Notes under the pieces: generated by a model
Database searches by the model: none
Seen by the model: only the letters and a program-made list of their open reading frames with translations
What the model was told of the DNA's origin: nothing
Part shown: positions 53,117 to 64,000 of the stretch, in pieces
Numbering within the stretch: position 1 is the stretch's first letter
Layout: every line of letters starts with the position of its first letter
Made by a program: the position numbers and the translations under genes
Assembly (NCBI GenBank): GCA_963785305.1
Contig: CAWAUV010000007.1
Location: 448,001-512,000, forward strand
Source of the DNA: an uncultured Planctomycetaceae bacterium
GTDB lineage: Bacteria > Planctomycetota > Planctomycetia > Pirellulales > PALSA-1355
Reading direction: 5' to 3'
Length of the DNA stretch: 64,000 nucleotides

Positions 53117-54748
53117 TCAGCGAGTCGCGGCGGCCGCGGCTCGGTCTTCGCCCAGTTGGAGCAGTTCCGTGGCCATTCGGGAGAGCTCGCCGGCGGCCTG
53201 CTGGCAGTTGTTGGCGCCCTGCGAGGTGTTTTGGGCCGCTTGGGCGACCGCGGTGATGTTCTGGGCGATTTCGGCGGCGCCTTTGGCTGCCTCGCCCACG
53301 TTGCGGCTCATTTCGGTGGCCGTGGCGGTCTGCTCCTCGACGGCGCTGGCGATCGTGTTCGAGATATCGTTGATCTGCGCGATCACTTCGCCGATCATGC
53401 GAATCGACTCGACCGCGCCGCGCGTGTCGCCCTGGATCGTCTCGATCTTGCAGCTGATGTCCTCGGTGGCCTTGGCGGTCTCCTTGGCCAATTCCTTGAC
53501 TTCATTGGCCACCACGGCGAAGCCCTTGCCGGCCTCGCCCGCCCGGGCCGCTTCGATCGTGGCGTTGAGCGCGAGCAAGTTGGTTTGCTCGGCGATCGAG
53601 GTGATGACTTTGATCACCTTGCCGATCTCGGCGCTGCTGTCGCCGAGTTTGCCGATCGTGGCGTTGGCGGTGGAGGCAGTGGCCACGGCATGCTGGGCCA
53701 CGCGGGCCGAATCGCTGGCGTTTTTGGCGATCTCGCGAATGGCGGCGTTCATCTCGTCGACGCCCGTGGCCACGACCTGCACGTTCTTGCTCACTTGGTC
53801 CGAAGCCGCCGACACGACATTGGCCTGGGCCGAAGTCTCCTCGGCGCTCGCGCTCATCGTGCTGCTGATGGCGGTGAGCTCCTCGGCCGACGAGCCGAGC
53901 GTGGCCGCGCTCGAATTGACCAAGCGAAGAATGCGGTCCATCTCGTGCCGGGCACGCACTTGTTCAGTAATGTCGCTGGCGTACTTCACTACTTTGAACG
54001 GCTTGCCGCTGGTGTCGAGAATCGGGTTGTACGAAGCCTGAATGAATATTTCCTTGCCGCCCCGGCCAATCCGGCGAAACTCTCCGGCCACATACTCGCC
54101 GCGATTGAGCTTGTTCCAGAACTCCTTGTATTCATGCGACTGCCGCGTTGCTTCATCGACGAACATCGCATGATGCCGGCCGCGAATCTCGTCGAACGAG
54201 TAACCGAGCGTCGCGAGAAAATTCTGATTGGCCGAAAGGACCGTGCCGTCGAGATTGAATTCGATCACGGCCTGCGATTTGTTGATCGCCGCCAGTTGGC
54301 AGGCGAAGTCGTTCGCCTGGAGCTTGGCGGCGGTAATATCGCTGGCGTATTTCACCACTTTGAAGGGCTTGCCCTGGTTGTCGAAAATCGGGTTGTACGA
54401 CGCTTGAATCCAGACCTCCCGACCACCCTTGCCGATCCGACGGAACTCGCCGGCGACGTATTCACCGCGATTGAGTTTGTTCCAAAACTCCTTGTATTCA
54501 TGCGATTGCCGCATCGCTTCATCGATGAATATCGCATGATGCCGGCCGCGAATTTCATCGAGCGTGTACCCGAGCGCGGCGAGAAAATTTTGGTTGGCGG
54601 TGAGGATCGTGCCATCGAGCTCGAATTCGATCACGGCTTGCGATTTGCTGATTGCGGCCAGTTGGCCAACGAGATCGGCCATCTTCAGTTGCTCGGCGGC
54701 GCTCGAGCCGCGTTTGGGTTTCGCCTTCAGCGTGGTGGCGGGACACAT
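53117..54748 (-). CDS. Soluble methyl-accepting chemotaxis protein with two PAS domains (BdlA-like)
   Basis: Two repeats of [65 protein letters not shown]; no TM segment. Confidence 0.95.
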   Translation of the reverse strand: MCPATTLKAKPKRGSSAAEQLKMADLVGQLAAISKSQAVIEFELDGTILTANQNFLAALGYTLDEIRGRHHAIFIDEAMRQSHEYKEFWNKLNRGEYVAGEFRRIGKGGREVWIQASYNPIFDNQGKPFKVVKYASDITAAKLQANDFACQLAAINKSQAVIEFNLDGTVLSANQNFLATLGYSFDEIRGRHHAMFVDEATRQSHEYKEFWNKLNRGEYVAGEFRRIGRGGKEIFIQASYNPILDTSGKPFKVVKYASDITEQVRARHEMDRILRLVNSSAATLGSSAEELTAISSTMSASAEETSAQANVVSAASDQVSKNVQVVATGVDEMNAAIREIAKNASDSARVAQHAVATASTANATIGKLGDSSAEIGKVIKVITSIAEQTNLLALNATIEAARAGEAGKGFAVVANEVKELAKETAKATEDISCKIETIQGDTRGAVESIRMIGEVIAQINDISNTIASAVEEQTATATEMSRNVGEAAKGAAEIAQNITAVAQAAQNTSQGANNCQQAAGELSRMATELLQLGEDRAAAAATR

Positions 54749-54862
54749 GCGATCGTCTCCTAAAAAAATGGGCGGGTAAGGTTGGTGATTGAAGCAAGCG
54801 GGGGGCGGGCCGGGTTGTCGGGTGGGATCGTGGGCTTGGGTTCTTGGTTGCTTGGGCGCCGG

Positions 54863-55330
54863 TCAGCCGGCGCGGCGCGTGTCGGCGCCCGAGGCGGGGT
54901 CGCTATCGGCCAGGGCTCGACCCACATCGAGCACGAGCAGCAGCCGATCCGTCAGTTTGTAAGCGCCGCGAATCATGGCTCGCACGCTGGCGCGAACCGT
55001 GGGCGGCGGCGGCTCGAACAGATCATCGTCGACTTCGAGCACGTCTCCGATGCGGTCGACCAATAGGCTCACGGCATTGTCGCCATCGCGCACGACCACG
55101 TTCATCGGCGAGGTCTGACTCGCGCGCGGCGGCAGATCGAGCCAGCCGCGAAGATCGATCGCGGTGACGATCTGCCCGCGCAAGTTGATCAGGCCGCGAA
55201 TCGCCGCCGGCGCCAGGGGCACGCCGGTCATTTGCTGATAGCGAATCACTTCTTGAACTTGCTGCACATCGATGCCGAGGAACAGGTTGTCGACATGGAA
55301 AGTGCAAAATTGGCGTTTCGGTTGATGCAT
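54863..55330 (-). CDS. cheW: Chemotaxis adaptor CheW
   Basis: QFCTF, VQEVIRYQ, GLINLRGQIVTAIDLR, LLVDRIGDV. Confidence 0.94.
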   Translation of the reverse strand: MHQPKRQFCTFHVDNLFLGIDVQQVQEVIRYQQMTGVPLAPAAIRGLINLRGQIVTAIDLRGWLDLPPRASQTSPMNVVVRDGDNAVSLLVDRIGDVLEVDDDLFEPPPPTVRASVRAMIRGAYKLTDRLLLVLDVGRALADSDPASGADTRRAG

Positions 55331-55379
55331 GCTCTGGTCTCCACGAAAAACGGGTTCTGGGGGAGTCGCGCTGGCCGAT

Positions 55380-58165
55380 TCACGACTGTTCATGCACGAC
55401 ACTTGGTTCGCCGCGAGCGCGGGTCGCCCGGCGGGCCAAATGCGGCAGGTTGAGCACATCGGTCACGCGATGCTGAATCACCGCGGCGCCGAGCAACGCT
55501 CCATCGCCCGATTCCTCGGTTTGCAGATTCAGCTCGGTTTCGACGATATCGACGATGCGATTGACCACGAATCCGCAGCGGCGATCTTTCTCGGCATAGA
55601 CCACGATCTGCAATTCGCTCGGCGGCGTCGCGGGCGGCCGCACCCCAAACATGGCGCCCAACGGCGCGAGCGGTAGAATCTGACCGCGATATTGAATTAC
55701 TTGCCGATCATCGGCCTGCTCGATCGTCGAGGCGGCGATTTTTTCGAGTCGCGCGACCATCGAAGTGGGCAAGGCGAAGCGACGCGCGTCGCCCAGGTCG
55801 ACCACCAGCAAGGTCTGCGTCGCCTGCTCGCCGGCCGAGTCCTCGCGCGAATGGGCCGCGTGAGACGATTCGCGAATCTCGCCGGCGAGGCCCGAGGCCA
55901 CGGCGAGCCCCATCACATCGAGAATCAAGGCCACGGCGCCGTCGCCCATGATCGTGGCGCCGGCATATTCCGTGAGCCCCTTGAGCTGTCGGCTGAGCGG
56001 CTTGACGACGATCTCCTCGGTGTCGTTCACTTTGTCGACCACCAGGCCATATTGCCGATCGTTGGCCCGGAGCACCACGATATTCAAGCTGCGCTCTTCT
56101 TGCGCCGAGCCATCGTCGCTCGCGGCGGCGGGTTCTCGCCGGAGCCCCAGCCGCTCGGCCAGATCGACCAGCGGCAGGAGCTTGCCGCGCAGGCGATACA
56201 CCGGCGCTCCTTGCACATATTCGATCGATCGGCGAACCTGCTCGCCCTCGAGCCGCACGAGCTCGAGCAAGCTGACTTGCGGAATCGCATAGCGGTCTCC
56301 GCCGGTGGTCACGATCAGCGCGGGAATGATCGCCAGCGTGAGCGGGATCTTGATCTTGATCGTGGTTCCGGCGCCCGGCCGACTTTGCAGATCGAGCGTG
56401 CCGCCGATGCTGCTCGATGTTGGTTTTCACCACATCCATGCCCACGCCGCGGCCGGAGACGTTCGTCACCTGCTCGGCGGTCGAGAAGCCGGGCAGCAGT
56501 ATCAACTGGGCCGCTTCGCGCTCCGACATTCGGGCAGCGCTCTCGGCGCCGATCAGGCCCTTTTCCACGGCTTTCTTGCGAATGCGCTCGAGGTTCAGCC
56601 CGGCGCCATCGTCGGTGATTTCGATATTCACCTGGCCGCCCTCGTGATAGGCCCGTAGCGAGAGACAGCCTTCCGCGCTCTTGCCGAGAGCGCGCCGCGC
56701 GGCGGGCGACTCGATGCCGTGGTCCACCGAATTGCGCACCAGATGGGTCAGCGGATCTTTGATCGCCTCGACGATCGTTTTGTCGAGCTCCGTGTCCTTG
56801 CCTTCCATTTCGATTCGCACCTGCTTGCCCAATTGGCTCGACAGGTCGCGAACCACCCGCGGAAACTTGGCCCACACATTGCCGATCGGCTGCATGCGGG
56901 TCTTCATCACGCCTTCTTGGAGCTCGGTGGTGATGAGATTCAACCGCTGGGCGGCGCTCGACGAACTCGGCATCGTTCAAGCCGCCGGCCCGTTGCATGA
57001 TTTGATTTCGCGCGAGCACGAGTTCGCCCACGCGGGTCATCAACTTATCGAGCAGGGCGACATCGACCCGGATCGTGCTCTCCGAGGTCGACGCGGCGCC
57101 GCGCTCGAGCTTGTCGCTTTTGTCGCCGCGTTCGGTCTTGTCGGCCGATTTGTCGGCGCCGCTTCGTTCGGCTTCGGGTTCAGTCGCAGGGCGCGACATG
57201 GTGGCCGCCTCGGCCGGGCGCCCGGATTCGACGGGCCCCGAGGTTTCGACGGCGCGAGTCGGCGGCGATTGAATTGGGTCGGCCTCGCCTTCGGCAAAGG
57301 CCAGAAGCTGCCGGGCGAGCGACTCGATATCGAGCTCGCGGTCGGCGCCGGTCGCGTCGACCACGCGCAGTCCCTCGCGACACTTGTCGGTCGTGGCCAG
57401 GAGCACTCCCACCAGGTCCGCAGTTGGCGCGAGCCGCCCGTCGCGCACCTTGCCGAGCACGTTTTCAGCGGCGTGCGCCAACTGTTCGAGTCGCTTGAAG
57501 CCCAAGAAACCGGCGCCGCCTTTCACGGTGTGCATCACGCGAAACACGCCGCGCATGAGGCCAGGCGACTCGGGCTCCTGCTCGAGGGCCAAGAGATCGC
57601 GATCCATTAGATCGAGATTCTCATGACACTCGCTGATGAATTCGCGCGCCGCCTCGCCACCGGGTCCGCTGCTCGGCGCATCGGATTCCCGAACCGCGGG
57701 CGCGGGCGGCGCGAATTGTGGACGTGGCGGCGGCGACGGAAGCGGAGCCGCGGCGGGCGCCAGTTCCGGGGCGCCGGGCGCATGGACATGAAATCGTTGT
57801 AGGCTCGTGACATAGATCGAGATATCGGCCTCGTTCGAGGATTCGACCGCCTCGATCAGGCCCTTCATATAGTCGGCGGCTTCCAGGATCGTGGTGACGA
57901 GCTCACTGCTGGGCGCCAACTCACGATTGCGCATTCGATTGAGCGATTCTTCGAGCCCATGGGCCAAAGCGCCGATGCGGTCGAGTCCAAGAAAGCCGGC
58001 CGTGCCTTTGATCGAATGCATGGTGCGGAACACGGCATTGACCAAATCGAGTTCGACATTGGCCCCGGCGGCCTCGATCGCCAACATTTGCTGCTCGATA
58101 TTGGCCAGCCCCTCGCGCGATTCGATTACGAAATCGGAGATTAGTTCCGAGTCAGCGAAGTCCAT
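55380..58165 (-). CDS. cheA: Chemotaxis kinase CheA with two HPt and two CheW domains, frameshifts near 56960 and 56410
   Basis: FRTMHSIKG and FRVMHTVKG; IRVDVALLDKLM; HLVRNSVDHGIE, DDGAG, SGRGVGMDVV; two CheW-like C-terminal domains. Confidence 0.93.
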
Positions 58166-58440
58166 ACAGACAAACCTTTTGCGTTAAATTTTCCGGTTTT
58201 TCGATCCCCACCGGAGGGTAGTTGGTTCTAGGCAATATTACCCCCTGAAATGGGTAATGCAAGCGACTCGGATCGCCCCGAAAGAAAAATTCCCCCGTTC
58301 CAGAGACTCAATGCCGCCCGGCAGGTTTGCCGAGGGATGAGGGCGCCGAGCGCCCGCGTTTGGTAAAGGTGAAACACCCCGCTCCTATTAAGAAGAAGGC
58401 GCGAAGCGAACCCGCGGGGGGAAGTAGATGGAAGTCGGTG

Positions 58441-58530
58441 GCGGCGGCGAGCCCGAGGGGAAACTGATCGAGTGGCCACGGCCGCCGATCACGGTCGGAA
58501 GTCCAATGCCGAGTTGATACTCTTCGAGCG
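58441..58530 (-). pseudogene. cheX fragment, a direct repeat of 49181-49270
   Basis: 78/90 nt identical by manual ungapped alignment; translates as ALEEYQLGIGLPTVIGGRGHSISFPSGSPP. Confidence 0.88.
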
Positions 58531-58691
58531 CAGAGTGGACCATCGCCCTCTTGTCGCCGCGTTGCTTTTTCGTCCTTCCGCGAATTCTTTGCGGATTTTC
58601 AGCGAAAAGTGAGCCACCTGTTTGCTATCGTCGCGACCTCGGACAACGTCACGACCGGTCGAGACATTCAAGCGAAAGGCAAGCGATCTCC

Positions 58692-61214
58692 ATGCGCGCG
58701 AGCATCATCATTGCGGCCCATAACGAGGGAACACGGCTTCGTCGGACCGTGGAATCCTGTCTGGCGACGGCCGGCAAACTCGATCACGAGATCATCGTCG
58801 CCGACGACGCCTCGACCGATGGATCGATCGACGACGTGACGCGGCGAACTCCACGAGCGCGCATTGTGCGCGGCGAAGAGCGCAAAGGCGCCTCGCCCAC
58901 CAAAGCCGCCGGCGCGTCGGCGCGCGCGCCGACACGTTGATCTTCTTGGATGGCCACTCGAATCCCGAGCCGGGCGCCTTGGAGCGGTTGGTCGACGATG
59001 TCGAGCATGTGCGTGGCCAAGCGATCGTTAACCCGCGCGTGGCCGCGCTCTGCACGCGGCTCTGGCGCGACAACCCGCACCAGGTCGGCAGCGGCTATTC
59101 ACTGACGCTCGACACGCTCGATTGCGGCTGGATTCCCGAAGGCCGGCTCCGATCGACCGACCAGCGCGGGCGACGATTCTTCGAGTCGCCGGCCCTCATC
59201 GGTTGCGTTCTGGCGGTAAGCCGCGAGCTGTATGATCGCCTGTGGGGCTTCGATGCCCGCATGCTTTGCTGGGGCGTGGAGGATTTGGACCTGGGGCTCA
59301 AGTGCTGGCTGCTTGGCCACCCGATCCTGCACGATCCGGCGCCGGTCGTCGGGCGCCGCTTTCGAGCCGCGTTCGACAACTACACGGTTTCACCGGAGAA
59401 TGTGTTGGCGAACCAAATGCGCATGGCGCGAAAGCACTTTACGCATTCGATCTGGAATAACTGGCTCGAGCTTTGCCGATTAAGAAACAGCGGGCCGCTG
59501 GCCGGGCGCCCCGAGGGACTGTGGGCCCGGGCCTGGCAGCTTTTCAAAGCGGACCGCGCGAGCGTCGAAGCGGAACGAGAATTCTTGCACGCGCGGCGCG
59601 TTCGCGATGAGTTCTGGTATGCCGAACGGTTCGGGCTGGCGTGGCCGCGGGTCGCTTGCGGCAGAGACCAGGGAGTGAGTTCCGCCGGACGGACGCGGGT
59701 GGGCGACATTGGTGGAAGTCTGCGCGTGGATGGCGGCTCGCCGAGTCCCAGCCCTGGCCCCACACCGAGCCCGCAGCCGAGCCCGCAGCCGAGCCCATCG
59801 CCATCGCCATCGCCATCGCCGGCGCCGCCATGCGGATTGACGGGAATTACGCCCGATGGTCTGACGATTCCCATCAATCAGTCGATCACTTTTTCCGCGC
59901 TCGGCACGAATTTGGGTGCGATCACATGGTCGACGAACGAAAAACAACCCGCTACCGGCAAAGGGCCGTCGTTCACAACGACGTTCGCCAAGGACGGCGT
60001 ATTCACGGTAACGGCCCGCTGCCAGGGCCCGAAGGGCGCTATTGTCATGACGGCGAAGATTACCGCGGTGCGGATTTTGAAGCTGCAATATCAACAGCAG
60101 TCCTCGGGCAACTGGGTTGACGTATCTGGGACGCTCTATGTTCCGAAGGGGGCGCGAGTGACACTACGGGCAGTTCCTACGCCGTCATCCGCATCGTTCC
60201 CCGAAGGACTGCCGGAGTGGACCGGCGCCGATGCCGTGGTCGGCGCAACGGCGCAAGTCACGTTCGACGACGTGTCGACGTCGGCAAACGATTTTCGCAG
60301 TATCTCCGCAACCTGCGGAAATACCGAACGTTGCCAATTCACCGTGTTTACGGTCGAGCCGGTGACAACCCCGGTCGATAATTTTTCTGGACGTAGCCAA
60401 GCGCGCTTCGGTATCATGGAGAACGTGAACCTTTCGCTCAACGTCGCGCCCGCCGATCTGGATGTCGGAAAATCCGGATTGAAATGGGGCACGCCGATGC
60501 TGGGGGAGTTAAATCCAAAAAAAGTCGTTTCGAACGTCTATAACTCAGGGGCAATCGCGGGAGCAGTCCAGCTGCGATTGGAAATGAGTGCTGGCCCCGC
60601 AAAGGGTTGGCAATCTTCGGCGCTTGCGAGGACGGTCGTTAAGCCTGATGGCGGAAATTATACTGCGCAATGCAATTCGGGCTCTGGCATTGTCAAGGTA
60701 GGATTTCGGTCGGCATGGCTGGAGATTTGTTCCTATCTCCGAAGGACGTGTCCTTCAGGAATCTCGTTTTCAAGGAGGGACAAGCCGATGTCAAAAGCCC
60801 AACGAAAGCCGGCGAGACATGGTTGCGTGTAAATTTGCAGAAGACGCGGCATCCTGCTTCGCTCAAATGGCACCGGATCGGCGGCGGGAACATTAATACC
60901 GGATGCCCTGTTCTGCCCGGCGAAGGCGAATTCGACATCGCCGCCGCGTGGGCGAAAGCGAGCGCATTGACGCATTGAGTCCGGCGGAAACGGTCGCGGG
61001 AACATGGCCAATTCCTTGGCAATATTCGATTAGCAGCGGAAGTAATCCCGTCACGTTCACAAAGGTGAATCAAACATTCACAGTCGACGCGAACGGTCAA
61101 GCGTCTATCGAAAAGGGAGACAGCGGGCCATTCTTGGCGGCGCTCGCGGCGCCTACGAATGCAGCGAATGGCAGTGGTTTTCCTGCAGTGAATTGGTTGC
61201 CATCCTGTTCATAG
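58692..61214 (+). CDS. GT-A glycosyltransferase (ppGalNAc-T/GT27-like) fused to a Ser/Pro linker and beta-rich domains; frameshifts near 58925, 60695 and 60965
   Basis: SIIIAAHNE, EIIVADDAS, IFLDGH, WGVEDLDL; (SP)n linker; Thr/Gly/Val-rich C-terminal half; ORFs 58551/58937/60670/60903 join end to end. Confidence 0.72.
59738..59830 (+). repeat. Coding micro-repeat: (CCGAGCCCGCAG)x2 + (CCATCG)x4
   Basis: Encodes SPSPSPGPTPSPQPSPQPSPSPSPSPSPAPP. Confidence 0.9.
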
Positions 61215-61229
61215 GACGAGGATCTGAAA

Positions 61230-62223
61230 ATGCGATTATCCAATCGGTCGTTTGGATGGATTTTGGGCGGCGCCGCATTTTCGGTCTTGAGCCTTTTCAT
61301 CGCTTCGTCGGTCTTCAACGCGGCCAAGGCAACGGTTCCGGCCGCCGCAATAAAGGAATTGGCGGTCGCGCCGCTGCCAATGTCGGAAGAAGCGCAAGCG
61401 GAATTGTTTGAAACTCGGAGCGCCGAGATTCACGGCGACTATCACGACATCGTGATCTAGACGTCGCTGGCGGAGCGCGTTTATCAAACATGGCGCGAGC
61501 CCGGCATGAACATCTATTCGCGGGGTCAACTCTACGAGCAATTGATTTCCATATACGGCGGGCATTTTAATTGCCCTCGCATTCAGAGTTTGGCACGCGC
61601 CTTTGCCATGAAAGCGTTATCACGGCCCCAAGATATTCTTCCTCGGCACGAGCTAGGAATCTTATGTTGTACGCGTTGGCTCCCCCACAACGCGCCCGAC
61701 GCTGGCGAAAAGGAACTTCGCGAACAGCATTTGCGCGGAACTTGAATTCGCGAACATTCGCGGGAAAATTCTCGGCTATTACATCGCCGCGTGGCAGCGT
61801 TTGGAATCGGAGATCGATCCCAACTGGGACGAGAACGACACCGATGGCGACCAGTCGATGAATCCACGGCCGCGCGACGAATCCGTAGCCGCGATCAACG
61901 AATGGAAAGCCATCGTGAACAAGCGCGTACGCAACGACGAACAACGCGATTTGCGTGAGCTAAAGTCGGAATTTACCGAGCCGTGGCTGAGCGGCGCGGC
62001 GGATTGCTATTCCTATCGTCCCTACGATGTCGCCGAGCTCGAGTCCGTGCTTCGCCGTCATCAGTTCGATCACGAAGTGGCGGACCAGATCGTCGAGCTC
62101 GCCCGCGCCAACATCGCGAAAGCGCAAGAGGAAGCCCGGGCCCACGCGGAAGAAATCGCTGAATTTCGCAAACTAAATGGCAGGAAAGAAACCGCCGAAG
62201 ACGAGCCATCGGCCGATCGTTGA
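61230..62223 (+). pseudogene. Probable exported hypothetical protein broken into three ORFs
   Basis: Signal/TM N-terminus MRLSNRSFGWILGGAAFSVLSLFIA; pieces 61230..61460, 61506..61745 and 61801..62223 are all on the + strand. Confidence 0.4.
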
Positions 62224-62321
62224 TCCCGCTTCATTTTCGTTGCGCATGGAATCGTAGTGCCGTCGGTCCGCCGGATTGACGACGCTCGCGCTCTCATCCA
62301 TCCACCCATGCGAGCGCTTTC

Positions 62322-63261
62322 ATGGATGCCTGCGCCCCTCGTCGCTGCCAGCCGGATGTTCGATTCCACCAGCATTTGCCGGGCGAGCTCGCCGCCGTCA
62401 CCTGCTATTTCAATCCCTGCGATTATTGCCGTCCGAAGCGGAATTATCACGAGTTCGCCGCCGGGCTGGCCGGGCAAGGCGTGCCGCTTTTTACCATCGA
62501 ACTCGCGTTCGGCGCCCGGCCGTTTTTCTTGCCCGAAAGCGAGCGAGTGCTGCGCCTGCGCGGGGCCGATGTCTTGTGGCAAAAAAGCGCCTGCTGAATG
62601 TGCTGATCGCGCGCTTGCCGGCTCGCTTCGATAAGGTCGCTTGGATCGACGCCGACCTGCTCTTCGATAATCCGCGGTGGGCCGCGGAAGCCGTGCGGCG
62701 CCTCGAGGAATTTCCGGTCGTGCAGCTCTTCGAAACAGCGCACCAGCTCGATCGGAATCGCCGCGTCGCGCTTTCACGACCGAGCGTGGCGAGCGCCGTC
62801 GCGAAGGGAAGCCCCGACGCCCGCCGTTTCGATCGCGTGCTTCCCGGTTTTGCCTGGGCGGCGCAGGCGCGCTTATCGAGCGTCACGGCCTGCTCGACGA
62901 CAATGTGCTCGGCTCGGCCGATGGCATGATGGTTTACGCCATGTATGGCTGGTGGGACCAGCCGTTTTTCCAGTATTGCAACGAGGCGATGCGGCGCGGT
63001 TCGCTCGCTTGGTCGCGGCCCTTCCATGAAGAGGTTCAAGGCCAAGTCGGGTTCGTTCGCGGCGCCGTGCGGCATCTTTGGCACGGCTCGCGGGACAACC
63101 GCCGTTATTTGGAAAGAATCCGCTATCTGACCGACCACGGTTTCGATCCCGCGATCGATCTGCGGCGGGGCGCCGAAGGACCCTGGCGTTGGGCGAGCGA
63201 AAAACCGTGTCTCCACGAACAGGTGCGGCGTTGTTTTATCGAGCGCAAGGAGGACCATTGA
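62322..63261 (+). CDS. Putative GT-A fold (DxD) glycosyltransferase-like protein, frameshifts near 62585 and 62870
   Basis: CYFNP, VLWQK|RLLN, VAWIDADL, VVQLF, PGFAWAA, HLWHGSRDNRRY, ERKED. Confidence 0.62.
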
Positions 63262-64000
63262 TGCAGCCCAAGGTATTCCATCACTGGGATTCGCAATCGC
63301 CGCCCGTGCTGCGATATTTCAACTTGAACGACGCGGAAATCGGCCATTGGCTTCCCGAGCGCAAGCTTTATCGTTTGCCAATGTACGGCTGGCATTATAC
63401 CGCGGACCGAATCGAGCGGCTTCATCGAGAAGCATGCGTGCTGCGTCCCCAACACCGTTTGCATCATTTGGTGAACGAGTCCGACATTTGCCGGCAACTC
63501 ACGGCGTGGGGCCTTCCCGCTTCACTTGTGAATCACAACGCGTTTCTCGACGAACGTGATTTCACGATTGTGGCGGGCGTCGAAAAACGCTTCGGCGCGA
63601 TCTACAACGCCAGAATGAAGCCGTTCAAGCGACATGCGTTGGCGAGCGACGTGCGTCGGCTCTTGATCGTGGGCGGTGTCCACGCGGCGGGAGATAGCGA
63701 GGATTACTTCCAACAAACGCGGCAAGCGCTTCCGCATGCCGTCTTCACCCATGCGAAAACCCGCGAATGATGCTCGCCTCGAACGAGATCGCGGAGCTCG
63801 TCAGTCAGGCGCGCGTCGGGCTCTGTCTCTCGGCGGTCGAAGGGGCGATGTATGCCGCCACCGTGTATTTGCTCTGCGGATTGCCGGTGGTGTCGACCGC
63901 AAGTCTCGGCGGACGCGACGAATGGTTCGATACTCGCTATGTGCGCGTGGTTTCCGATGAGCCCGCGGCGATTGCGGCGGCCGTGGGTGAGTTGACGAAA
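63261..64000 (+). CDS. GT-B (GT4-like) glycosyltransferase, frameshift near 63765, runs off the window
   Basis: AIYNARMKPFKRH; after the shift ARVGLCLSAVEGAMYAA..LLCGLPVVST..GGRDEWF; TGATG coupling to the upstream gene. Confidence 0.7.

Noticed and set aside
49181..58530. cheX / cheX-fragment pair as a diversity-generating retroelement VR/TR
   Set aside because: The 12 mismatches are not adenine-specific on either strand, and no reverse transcriptase is present in the window.

Overview
High-GC bacterial DNA. It is most likely Planctomycetota (Pirellulales-like), inferred from a TIGR04138-type protein, a DUF6288-type protein, a prenyltransferase-repeat protein, a long planctomycete-type ACP and an ECF-sigma/Ser-Thr kinase remnant. 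About 15 otherwise intact genes carry 1-bp frameshifts, which points to unpolished long-read errors rather than mass pseudogenisation. In order, the window holds: a TPR protein, a TolC-like protein, an MFS transporter and mutY; DUF6288/SASA/GH81 carbohydrate genes; an EPS/capsule cluster; a complete IS630 with perfect TIRs; a broken ECF-sigma/kinase with a ferredoxin; thrS-infC-mtaB; a two-gene YwgA/SocA-like plus SAMHD1-like HD dNTPase cassette; lysS; a tripartite efflux locus; a sigma54-driven hsp20 pair; fabZ-acp-fabZ-fabF; a 9-gene chemotaxis operon bracketed by cheX and a diverged cheX fragment; and a glycosylation locus. The two best candidates for an undescribed system are (1) a polypeptide-GalNAc-transferase-like (GT27-like, DxH) enzyme fused to a Ser/Pro mucin-like linker and beta-rich domains, and (2) the YwgA-like plus HD dNTPase cassette, a possible defence or toxin-antitoxin module. 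No rRNA, tRNA or CRISPR array was recognised. All family calls come from motif recognition by eye; no database search was run.
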